Positions 47,580 through 59,013 of a stretch of 64,000 bases of DNA are shown here, one piece after another (the first letter of the stretch is position 1; each line of letters opens with the position of its first letter). The stretch covers positions 3,100,001 through 3,164,000 of the forward strand of contig JAYWIR010000012.1 in NCBI GenBank assembly GCA_036172245.1, written 5' to 3'. The notes below the pieces were generated by a model. That model did no database searches. It was not told the DNA's origin and saw only the letters and a program-made list of their open reading frames with translations. Made by a program: the position numbers and the translations under genes. The stretch comes from Raillietiella orientalis. Its lineage: Eukaryota.

Positions 47580-48000
47580 GTGCACCTCCATCGGTGTAAT
47601 TAACATACTTGGGAGCAACTGGCAGTGGTGCTTGTTTCCATGGGTCCCATCCAGGCTCTTTGCTGATGGAGGTTCTTAGGTGTCGCAAGTTGACTTTGAT
47701 CCGAATAAGGGTTCGAGGAGCTCACGAGTGGAATCTCCTTGTAGGGAATCAACTCACCTTTGTTGGACTTCGTCCAGATGGGGACGCATTGTGATTGCTC
47801 TTGAAAATCGTTTCGAAACTCGTCTTCTGCTTGCTTCCTGGGGAGGAGGCGAGGAGAGATCGGAATCTGGAGCTCCTCCACAGTTCTCTGCGAGAGGATG
47901 TGCACCCTTTCCCGGCTGAGCTGTTTCCAAGATGGAGAACTCTCTTGAGGGTTTTCAACGCGGCGAATGAGCATTCTCAGCTGACATGTCGCCCTGCCGC
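47580..48000 (-). mobile_element. Possible decayed non-LTR RT N-terminal fragment
   Basis: LGNSSAGKG (NSAPG.DG-like), PIWTKS..ELIPYK (P.W..S...LI.K-like). Confidence 0.3.
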
Positions 48001-49197
48001 CGTGAAGGCTCCCTGCACCCCAACGGGATAGTGGCTGGAGATGTGATCATTAGCTGGTTGCGGAGGCGAATCGGACATGTCGTGCGTTGCGCAAAGATTC
48101 TCAAGTGACACCATGTCAAGTGACCATGGGTCTATTCAATACCGTGAGAAAAGTCAGCAGCGGGCGTCCCCTTCGTTTCTTTTGCTACCTCTGGTCAGCT
48201 CAAGGAGACAGCGTCACCAGATCCTTGAAAGTGGGGATGTGGGAGGGGCAGATGCCGATCGAAGAAGTCGTCCTTGAAGCCATCCCTTTCCTGAAAGATA
48301 CGAGTGAAGGAGAAGGGAGGAATCTTTGCGAAATTCGGGAGCATGTGGTGGAGATGAGAGGGAAGGACGGAAGGTCATTTCAGGTCTAGGGAACTGATCC
48401 AATGTTGCCTTAAGCCAAGAGCCGATCGCTTGGAACCACCGATTTCGGAGCTGGAGGAACCCGTGATGGAAGTTTCATGGATCTCTCCCGTCGATCTGCT
48501 CGCGGCTCAGATCTAAGAAACCTCAGCGGATGCTGACGAAGAATGCTGGAAGCATCGCTCTCCCTCAGCTCGAACGACGAAGCCTAGCGAAACCCTAGTG
48601 GACGAGAGAACTGCAGGCATGCAGATCGATCGTGAGTGCTGGGCATAGGATAGGAGGACCAACTGAACTGCGGTTCTTCCGAAGTTTCCTTTGGTCCAGA
48701 TGGTGCTCTTCGAAGAGAAAGGGAAGAGGGTAAATCTCATCCGGCAAAGAGAATGATTGGATGCCTCGGGGTCGAAATGACCTCAACTCATTCTCGGAAC
48801 TTCTAGTGGGTGGGCATTTCGGATTGCTCTAACGCCGAATTTCGGGATTCCGGACCCACGAGAGCCATTCGGGTGAGCGAAACTGGCGCTATGGGATAAA
48901 CCAAACATTGACAACGCTCATTAGGTTCTATGAAAGGTGCCTGTCGCGAAAGACGGGAGGGCAGTGGCCATGGACGTGGGAATTTTCCAAGAAGTGCGCA
49001 GCGACTCGCCTCCCAACGCACTGGTCCTGACGGTGGGTAAAGCTCAAGAGTCGAGTCTGCCCCCCAACCTCAGGGACAGGGCCTTCGCTGCCTCCTCGTG
49101 TCCTGTCGTCTTCATGCGGTCACTCCAGGACAGTCTGTGATCCCAAAACAAAAAGGAAATTGCAAATCAGTTGGGAGTCGAGTTTCCAATAGGAACC

Positions 49198-49870
49198 GAG
49201 GCCACGTGGTTGTGGTTGCAGTCTCCGCACGTGGCACCACCAAGCGTCGCGGGTTCGAAGGCTTGGAAGAATCTATGCTGAGAGATGGGGGTGCGTCATG
49301 GGTTCGAGTTCCTCCCGCGAGATGACGCTGCTTGGCCTACATTCATTCGGCTGCTGCACCGGTGGTGGTTCAAACCAAATGTCCCCGATAAGTGGCCGGG
49401 ATTGGGAGTCGATCCTCCGGGGTCCTTCCAGGAAACAGAATCAAGGAGTCCAATTCCCTTCGGGATTCCCCTCCGGTTGTACAAAGGAGCTGTTCCTTCC
49501 CCCTCATGGATGGACTCCGTCTCGTACCATGGAGCTGGTGGATGGATGATGCCACTCCAGAGTGCAAAGAAGCGTGCCGCTTTCTTCGGGGAGCGTCCTT
49601 CAGAAAAGTTTTTGAAGTGTCCCTTCGAGGTTCTCTTCTGAGGTGGAAACAAGGAACGGTTCCCTTGCAGATCCCCTCCGGAGAAGGAATTCCAGGAGCG
49701 GATCCTTTTCGGGTTTTCTTTTTGGGGAAGAAACGAGGAGCACACCCATCCGGAGAAAATGAGGAAGAGGTGGTTCCCGTCGGTCTTCCCTCTGACGAGT
49801 GAGAGAGGAACGGACTCCCTTCTCTGGAGCCCTTTCTGGATTCATGGGTGGTCTCCTCCCGGGGTACCCT
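49198..49870 (+). mobile_element. tRNA-headed SINE-like repeat, copy D
   Basis: ggccacgtgg..gcgtcgcgggttcgaa..gggttcgagttcc..gatgacgctg..cctccggggtccttccaggaa..cgtaccatggagctgg. Body matches 19240-19360(-). Confidence 0.7.
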
Positions 49871-50059
49871 CTATCTTGAAGAGTGAACATGCACTCTTTA
49901 AAGAGCTGCGTGAGCCACCAGGCGTGCGACGGTTCCTGAGATACTCAGCAAACAAAAGAAAAGCTGAAAGGAAAACAGCGAAGTCAGAAAAGAACCTAAA
50001 AGTATTTCCATCGTTCCACCGAAGAAGTTCGGAGGAAGGCATCACTGACACTCAAGTCG

Positions 50060-51700
50060 GTCATTAACGAAGTCTAGAGAGAGAGAGAAGAGAAGACAAG
50101 AAATGAATGGAAAAAAAAGAGGACAGGAAGGGAGTTCTTTGGTGTGGGCTGTTCAACTTCGATGCAGGGTGTTCCCCCTGATGACTTCCTCCAAGTGGAG
50201 GCACCGCGCTGCAGTTTTCGTGAAGGCGTTTGCCATGCTGGTCACGGCAGGTTCCTCGGCTTCCAGCAAGCAGAGAATCGGGCGAAGTGGAGTTGGTGCT
50301 TGAGACCATTCGGAACCGCCATTGGCACAGACCCTTGTTCGCAAATACCCTAGGGACATCTTGGATGTCTGATGAGGTGAAGGTCTTCATAGCAGCTGTC
50401 TCTGGGCATGGCTCAGCCGATTCCAGATCCCCAAAGAAATGTGGGTTCGCGTGACCCCCCCCCCCCCCCCCAAAAAACTTTGGCAGTCCTTAAGAAGGTA
50501 ACACGGGGAAACCTAAACTCTCAGAAGGAGGGATTTCCAGGCGGAAGATTTTGAGGAATGGAGAATGCATCCAAACTTCGATCTCATCTCTGGAAGACTT
50601 GGTGAAACTGACGAGAAGACCCTCTCGAAAGCATCCGTTGGGAGCTGATGGCTTTTGATCAGCCAGCACCTCCAGGATCGGTTCGAATTCCAGGTACTGG
50701 GTGAGGAAGGAAAGCTTTGAGTCCGGATTTTGAACTGTAGTTTTCGGCTTGATTCCTCCGGAGGGAACTCCGCAACAGTTCTGGAAGACTTAGGATAGCA
50801 AGCACAGAGAAGGTTTCAAGAACAAGCTCTCCGATTCACTTCTTCAGGAGGGCCGCTTCCAGCCCCACCAATTGATCAGGATCCCTAGGGGCCCGCGGGT
50901 GGTGATGTAAGAGAATTCATGCCAGTATCCATCGGAAGATGTACGAGACCCTGTGTAGCGATAAGGCACCTGGATGGTGGGCATCCAAGCGCCGGAGATC
51001 GAGAAAAGAAGGCTTCCGAAAAGGTCTTCCACGATTTACATGCACGTCCAAGAGGTTCCAGGAAGAGAAGGCGCTGCTGCTCACTTTCCGTGTCTCTTCG
51101 TTTCCCGGTAGCGCGCCACTAACTCGGCGCGCTCTGCTTGCAGGGTCTCCGCGTTGCTGACACTCTCACCCACCCCGTCGCACCAGCTAGCGTTTCCTCC
51201 CCGCTTCCTTTTTTTGACTAATCCGCGCGCGTCGCCTGATCGGGATCAGCACCGGGAAGTCATTCTGTTTTCTTTCTTGGCTTGGTCACGCATGTGTGCT
51301 CTTCTCGCTGCGATTCCGGACGGGTTCTCCCTTCTGCCTCCAGGAAAAGTTTGCGAATCATCTGTCACCTGGGGAATGCGCATCCTTGAGGCAGGAATGG
51401 CAAGCGGGCGCTAATCGGCGAGGCGGAGAGCTCCTGTCCCCTCAGGGATAAGAATTCTCAGCCAAGGGGCACCCATGCCCTGCCCAAAAGAAAAAAAATG
51501 CGATTTCGTTTGTTCTTCAGGGGCGGGGAGAGTTTCACCATGCGGGCGATTGGACCCGTTCCCACGGAAACTCCTCCTGCCACCCGGCCACGCCTGGCGA
51601 AAATTTGCACACTCCCTAGATCTCGGCATGTCACCAATGAGGACGCTATGGGTCCGCCACTTCGTCGTTGAAGTCAAATCGAAGAGGATGCTCCTGCGGT
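50060..51700 (-). mobile_element. Possible decayed LINE (APE to RT)
   Basis: LIGDM, LKDAH..NFSWRQ (homologous to 21110-21180), KPSAPNG and NAFTK appear in the expected order. Weak. Confidence 0.3.
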
Positions 51701-52549
51701 GTGGCAGCTGATTCCCCCGGGGTCATCATGCTCATCGGGTGGTGGAAAACGTCACTGTCGGCGAATAAAGCCATGCCAAAAGACCTGGCCAAAAGCCCGC
51801 AAAGAAGGATTTCTGGGGGTTCTCGGGGGAGCTTTCAGACCTCTTGCTTTCCGGCGGGCGTCTACGCCCTTCCTCTCCGGTACCAGCAGACTGCTCCTGA
51901 AACTAATGATGCCACTACGCTACAGCAGGGAGAGCGTCCAAAGGATGTCCCCACCGCAGGACCTCGGAGACAACCCCATACGTACTTCTGGCATAAGGGG
52001 GCGGGAACGCATCGTCACAGGGCAGTCCAGTTCCCCAATGCAGCCCTGGAAGACCTCTTTCGACAGATGGTCACGTCTCCGGGCTTGCGGGTAGCTGACG
52101 ATGCTCTGCCGCGCGCGAGGGAAGGTGACTCCTCCAAACCGGAGGAAGAACGGGCGCGACCGACATTCTGGAGAGCCCTTGGTAATTGCATACATGCGAA
52201 GGGGGATGGAATGGCCCAGCCTGGGATGCGGGGTGCAAAGGAACCGTCGAGCACTTGTGAGCAGATCAACAGGAAACCGGCGACAACAGCCCCTCTCTCC
52301 ACCTTCCACCCCTTCCCTGCCTGATGTAGATCCTCGGAAATCAAGCGGAATTCCGTGAGGCCGGTCCATCCCTTTTCCTACGAATTTATTTATTCACTGT
52401 CCCTCTCCTCCCCAGTTCTGTGAGAGGGCAGTCCCTGTGGGTTCGGGCACACTCGTGTCCGTCTCTGACTGTTCCGTTTTGATTGGTTTATCTGAAGTGC
52501 TATCCTGGATGAGAAGGTCACGCCGGGGCGTGAACTCAAGAATAATGGA

Positions 52550-54050
52550 CAAACAAATCGGGAACGCAGTCTCCCAAAGCTGCAGAAAGTTCAAGGAGAG
52601 AGCTCACCGGCAAGCAGCTCGGTTGCTGAAGAAGTCTGGAGCGGGAAGGAGGTGGACAACAAATCAATCAATAAAGGGAAGGTAGGGACAGGGAACTTTG
52701 GTAGGAGACACCCCCCCATAACCGGCGCTCCAAGGTGGCTACCTCCTTGGCGACCTTCTCCAGCGAGCCTTCCACTTCGCAGGCGTCCTCATGAGGCGGG
52801 TAACCTCCCTTCGCCGAGTCCGATACTCCAACAGCCAGCGGATGCAGCATCTCGCTGCAATTGCGCCGCCTGTCGGGAGTCCTCCGCACGCAAACACTCG
52901 CTGCAGCAAGTCCTTGGCCGTGCTCTCCAGGTGTCTCCGAGCACTGAAGCCAGTCTTCCCCGCAGATCCCGTCGGGCGCAGCAGCCCGAAAGCAGGTGCA
53001 GGCGGGTCGATCGCCCCGCACCTCGAGCAGTTGGAGGGCGCAAGTCCCCTGGAAGCCATTCCCCACATCTAGTTGCACATCCGGAAATCCCAGGGCAACT
53101 AGCTCAGCACCCAACCGATCTCTCCACCGAAGCAGCCCCTTCTCCCGGGAATGAAGCGCGACGGCGACCGCCAGCTCGCTCGCTTCCCAGTCGTCCGACG
53201 GACGATTCTTCTTCTTGCTGCGGCGCCGCCTCACCGGGCTCTCCTTCCGAGATCCCGTTCGGAGATGAGCGCGCGCAATCACAGAGGAAGACACAATCCC
53301 TGACCCCGCGCAAGGCAACAGCGCCTTCAAGCACCTCGGGCAAGGTCGTCGACAACGGTTACGACCCGCCCGCTGTGCCACTCTGGGCGAGCGGCGGCAG
53401 CAGCCAACCGGCGGGCTGGGAGTCGTCCAGCAGCATGGCTGCAGCCGACCAACTCGACAGCGTCGTCCCTCGTTCCCGAGTCAGCGAAGGGGCCGCTCAT
53501 TCGGTGGAGCCACCTTCACGGTGTGCCCTTCTCCTCCCCCCTTCCCGAAGAACTCGCTCTGCCTCCCCTGTGTGCCGACACCTCGGTGTTCCCATTGCGG
53601 TGGAAACCACGGGATATCCTGCTGTTTCTGCACTGCGCATTCCCGTGCAACCAACGCAGGCACCTGGTTTCCCAGGGAGATGCATCCCTGAACTGTTCCG
53701 GGTGCGGGACGATCGACTCGTTTCCGCACCTCACCTCTTGTTGGATGCTGCAGCTCTGGCGACTCGCTCCGGCGGTCTGCCACCCGGAGGGCACCACTGC
53801 AGACTTGCCGCGGCGCTTCCTCACGCAAGGCGGGTCTACGGCAGGCCCGGTCGTCATGGCAACGAGATGCCGCGTCCGCGCGCCGGCCTCGCAGCCCGCT
53901 CCGTGCTGGATTCCCGTTCGCAGCAAAGGGAGGCCGTCCGCATGGCAGTCGCCTTGATGAGGACGGCTGCAAGGCCGCTTCACCTGCGAGAGGAAGAAGT
54001 TGCCAGGGAGACGGCCACCACCTGCAGTTGCTTCTAGGAAGGAAGAAACG
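52550..54050 (+). mobile_element. Decayed L1/Tx1-type LINE, post-RT region and zf-RVT
   Basis: RWTTNQSIKGR (W...LS..GR), SPKAGAGGSIAPHL (PK..GGL..P), and FPLRWKPRDILLFLHCAFPCNQRR..NCSGCGTIDSFPHL homologous to 27810-27990. Confidence 0.7.
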
Positions 54051-55399
54051 ACGAAAACCAAAGAACGCTGTCCATAAGAGTAGTGGGCGTCGTCCCCTCG
54101 GACTTGTAGCGTCTTTACTTTTGAATGGGTTGCACGCCGTCCCAGACCAATTGGGGACTCATGCCCTAATTGGTCGTGACCTGGTTATCATGCCACCAGG
54201 GTTGCGGACGGGAGCGGCGAGTACGAGGCAGCTCGGCGCTGACACCCTCGTGCCGCTGCCGCTCCTCTTGTGCCATGCGCAAGCGACCTCGAGGTCTTGC
54301 AGCCGATGCCTCAGCTGGAAGCCACCTCGAAGCCTAGGACCACGGCCGGGAAGAGCGCGGTCGAGCTCTTCTGCTGCTGTGCAGAGCTGGTGCTATGGGA
54401 AGCGGGCGGCCGTGCTTAACGGGTGGGTGGGAGTGCGGGGGGAGGGAGTTCCGCCTTGCTAGGGCACTCACCACGCGCCATCGGCATCTCGGAGCGAGAG
54501 GAGAAAAATCCCGTGAGCTCCGGAGGGAGGCCGACGTGGCTGTGGGCACATTTTGCTTCAGCGAATCGCTCCAAATTCTTCCGGGCTTGCTCCCGTTCAA
54601 GGAAGCAACAGCTGGATGTGCTGAAAATGAAACTCAAGGATGTGCTGAAATGCAACTCCTTGCTTCTGCAATCGCGCTGTATTCCACATTGGCATCTCAT
54701 TCTTCCTCGACAGAATGAGGTGAGTGCCGTCCAATCCTGCTTTCATTGGTCTTCATTCGAGGTAGGATGGACACTTCAGTGTTACCTCGCATTTCAGGCT
54801 CAACAGCACACTCGACTTCTCGCGGATGCATTGTAATATATATTATTAATATATATATACTCAATATTACTGATCCATACATCCAAGATTATAAAAAATA
54901 TATTTAGCGTGTTTGACCAACCGGAAGTGCATGACCGTGCACGACCGGAGAACGGCGGTATACTGGGGAGCGTGATGTGTGTCGGGGGTCACCTGGATCA
55001 TTTGCCTCCCTCACCTGTACCACCGGTAACAGACGGGAAGAAGAGACAAGGAGATAGCGGACCATCGTCTTTCTGGTTCTTCAGAAAAGAAGGACAGCAG
55101 CATCTTCGCTGCCTTCACTGTGTGGTTGGAGGCTGCCACCTGCCCCGCACTCCCCCCTTGGCAACTTCGGGCGGATAACTGTACCCTCGCAGCGATTGAG
55201 AGCGTGCACCAAGCGTCTCTTGGAGCTTGGCGTACGCTGCTTCCTGGAGGGCGCTCCCTGAAAGAGGAAGCGCACTCTGGGGAGGCTATCATCCGAGGGG
55301 GGTATAGGAATCAGCTCTTTGGTACGCGACTGACGGTCCATCCCCTCGGAAAGGAAGAACAGCTCCATGCTCACAACTGGAAGGGAATCTCGAAGAGAT

Positions 55400-55636
55400 T
55401 TTTGATGCCCTAGGATGACCCCAGAGGGTCAGCTTCCAATCCCAGCAATCAACGGAGGCATCCAGTTTCCAACCAGTGTCGCACCTGAAGCCCACAGGCC
55501 AACCATCGTCATCATGAGGGAGCAACTTGAAACTCGCGACGCGTCCATTCCTCGGCGTCGTTCCTTCCCCAGGCGGGATTCGAACCCGCGACGCCTGATG
55601 CCGCGCCCTCGGAGACAGCAGCCACGCTGCCGCCAT
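55400..55636 (-). mobile_element. tRNA-headed SINE-like repeat, copy E
   Basis: Minus strand ggcggcagcgtggctgc..gcgtcgcgGGTTCGAATCCcgcctgggg..gagtttcaagt..gatgacgatggttgg..gggattggaagctgaccctc. Confidence 0.7.
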
Positions 55637-58492
55637 CACGGGCGTTGTTGCCTGTAAGGGAGGGGAAAGCGATTGCGCGGGCGACCGCAGTCACGAAAAT
55701 GCCCGCGGTTGACACGAGGGGCGAGAACTTCCCTCGAATGAAGCAAAGCCGGGGGTGGCAGCTCTTCGTGGCGGTTGTCCCTCCGTCGGCGGCAGGTCTC
55801 CAGCAAGGATAATGCGGTGCGACTGACAAACAGCAGCCCCAGGGATGCAGACAGGGGTGAGAGTGACTTAGGGTTCGATCCTCAGCACATGGGTCGAGGT
55901 GTTCGCGCTGCTGCAGTCTGTCCGCGGCTTTGCGAAGAGTTGCCACTAGACGAGAGAAACGAGTAGCCGTTGGAATGCCAGCGGAAGACCCCTCCAGCCT
56001 CCCCCAACGGACGAGGTTCCGCGAGAACGCAGGAGCGGACGCCCGGACGCCGAGCGCCTGCGCATCGCTGCGCTGCTCGCCTTCCTCTCCGCTACCTCGG
56101 ACGCAGGCAGCAGGGCCGCCTTCGCAGGGGAGGCTCAGCTCGGAACGGGACGAGACGGGGCTGATCCTGCTACGGATTCGCTCTGGGCGCGCGCCCGGCC
56201 ATGTGGCGGCGTTCCCCACATGCCCGCTCGCTGTGGCCCCGACGCGCCGGCCCTGTGAAACGACGGGGTCCGCAGCAGACGGAGGTCGACTGGCGAAGCG
56301 CAGAAGGGGGCGCGGAGGCTCCCGTTCGCTATGGGTGGCCTTCATCCGGGAGGATTTGGGCGGCGACACTACCCTCGAGAGGTTCCTCCTCGGCGCTCGC
56401 GGATTCCCAGCGTGTGACTCGGGCCCCTCGGCGATCGCACGGACGGCAGCGAACCGTGCAGCCTTCCGGACGTTCCTGGGAATGAAATTCCTCTTCGAAG
56501 GAGGAGCAGACAGAGCGCACCCTTGATCCGAGGGCTTGCCCCTAGGGGAAGCTCGCTTCCCCAGACCAAACCTCTGTGCAGACACGGGAGAAGGGGATCC
56601 CCTGGTTTGGGGTCGCCGTCAGAGGCAGGTCTCTGGGAAGAAGCGGAGTTCGCCGATATTCTGGGTCGCCGAGATAGGGACAGCAGCTTTCCCCTTTTCC
56701 TGTGTGCTTCCTCTGCCGCGGAGTCGGTCGCAAAGGGAAGGGGAGAAGCGAGAGAACAGTTGCCATGGAAGGCGACGCTGCATCCACTGGGCACTACCAG
56801 AAACTCGCTCGCTCCCCTCCGTCTCCCTTCCCCGAGGTGATTTGGGACTCTGACTCTCTCTCCAACTCCTCTTCCCCCCCCCCTCCTCCTCCTTCCACGT
56901 TGCCATGGAGACGGGTGAAGGCGATCCCTCGCGTCGTGGGCGTCGGCACGCGCCGCGCCGCCGTTTCCCCTTCCCGATCAGCGGGAGGATTCAGGAAGAG
57001 AACACACAGGCCCGCATCCATGATTCTCCAAGAACGCGACCTTCAGATACCGCGGCAAGGGTGGAGGGAGTCCAGGAAACCCCTGAGAGTTCTTCTCCTG
57101 CGTATCAAGGGAAAAGGTCTTCTCCGGAGCTCCTTGAGCCCGCAGATGACGACCCAACCGTTGGGAGGAGCCGCGGCGGATGGCCGGGATCCATGGAGGG
57201 AGAGGAGAGAGACGGCAAGCCCCTTCCGAGAGGGATATCCTGCCTTCCTACGAGAAGGAAAGGTCATCTCGAGGCAGAATTGACCTCGGACTCCTGGAAG
57301 GCTCTCCTTTTTTTTTTTCCGGGGGAGGGGGGGGAAGGGGGAACAAAAGCCGCCCACGAGCTTCATCTTCGTGAGCACCCCTGCATCCCCAGCTCTCTTG
57401 CGGGCTCGGAACGGCCGACCTCTCCTCCTGATGTTGCCTGACCCGAACTCGACCCTGTGGAGTCCGAGAGGAGACCTCCCCAGGCGACCACACATCGCAT
57501 CCGAACCTCTCATTATCCGATCACCCTAGCAGCGATCCCTCATCCGGGCGTAGGACGCTGGAGGAGTGCCAGCCTATCATTACGGGGGAGGTAATGGCTG
57601 GATCGCGCAGGGTGTGTCCTTGGGCCGAGGCACGACGAGGAGGAGCCGAGGAACGCAGGAGGAGGAGGAGAAGGAGGTCGCCGGCCGTCCCGGAGGCTCG
57701 CGCCAGAAAAGCGGAGGGAACGGCGACGGACGAGAGGCGTGACCTCGCTCCGACCCCGGCGTAGTTCCCTCGGACGAGCGTGACTCCTCCCGGCTGGCGA
57801 GGGGAAGGGGAGGGAGAGAGGGAGAATGATGGCCGGTCACTTCGCATGACACAGAACCCATGAGCTCGCGTGCGTGCGGGTGCGAAGCCGGCTACGGAGG
57901 AGCCATCCCGGCCGCGGACGTCGTCGTCTTCCTCCTGAACGGAAGGAAGGCCCTCCTGAGGGTTCCCTCTTGTGCCCTGCGAGAGCACAGCTCCTCCCTC
58001 TAGGGGACCGCGCACCGTGGCGTGCCCTGCCGGGCCGAGAGGGCAAGCGCACGAGAGAACCGTGCCCCTCCTTCCTCCGCCTCCTCCCCTTCGCCTTTTC
58101 GCTCGTCTCCTCCTGGAGGCACGGAGACCTCTCCGAGAGGATTTGCGCAGAAGTGGGGCGAGGATGACCCTCCTGAGCGTCAAAATCCACTTCTTCTACG
58201 CCCTCCAACCAAGTGGAGCTGAGGGTATTGCTGACCACGGAGGTCTTCTTTCGCCTACCCAGAGCCAGGTGCTGACCTTCTCGCCGGAAAGAAGGGGTCG
58301 TGGTCCCCTCCCGCGCAAGCTGATAACTTGGCGGCCTTCGGAGCAGGGAGAGGGGGACCGCCCCTTCCGTGAGTGGTTTCCGGCCGAAACAACGTGAGGG
58401 CACCCTCTGGTAAGAGCGGGGAGCAACTTCATTGACCGACGGAGGCGAGCGGCGAGACCTCCGGGGGCGCCTCCGAGACCCTCCGAAGAGGG

Positions 58493-58667
58493 CTACAGGC
58501 ACACATGGACGCTCTTCTTGACGAAACACTCCTGGCACGTGACGTAGCAACACCAGTGGTACTTGCACCTGCACCGCTCTCTCTTCCTGACGGTGTAGGT
58601 GATGTACCCGCGCCCGCAGCACATGGAGATGCAACTGCTGTGTCCGGGCGAGGTCGCATTGCAGTGC
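58493..58667 (-). CDS. Wnt11: Wnt11-type ligand, last coding exon
   Basis: cag|(R)HCNATSPGHSSCISMCCGRGY..RERCRCKYHWCCYVTCQEC..VHVCL*; follows a 53-nt GT-AG intron (58668-58720). Confidence 0.93.
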
Positions 58668-58720
58668 CTGGAGGGCGAAGCGGTTCCGGCGACCTCCCTT
58701 CCCGGTGGCCAACTCCATAC

Positions 58721-59013
58721 CTTCCCTCCGTCCCGTAGCTGCCATACTTCTCGTTCCGGGTGCAGTAGTCCGGAGACTTCCTGGTGTAGATGAGGTCGTC
58801 CTTGCTGTACTTCCCCATGATGCTGTTCTCCCGGAACAACTGGAGACTACCGCCGGCGCGCTTCAGCTTCACCTCGATGGCCGCCGCGTACTTGGTCTTC
58901 AGGCGGTGGCTGATGTCCTGAATGCTGCCCAGCCCGTACCAGCAGGTCTGGATGCTGCACGAACCGGAGACCCCGTGACACTTGCACTGCAGCTTCAGAC
59001 TCAGCTGGAGAAT
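58721..59013 (-). CDS. Wnt11: Wnt11-type ligand, penultimate exon
   Basis: ccag|ILQLSLKLQCKCHGVSGSCSIQTCW..LIYTRKSPDYCTRNEKYGSYGTEGR|gt; contains the palmitoleoylated-Ser motif CKCHGVSGSC. Phases agree with the neighbouring exons. Confidence 0.95.

Noticed and set aside
52652..54037. 461-aa ORF (and similarly 55512-56585, 60284-61480, 57837-58745)
   Set aside because: Pro/Arg/Ser-rich with no domain. These are off-frame or chance ORFs in GC-rich DNA overlapping a LINE remnant, a SINE copy or the Wnt gene.
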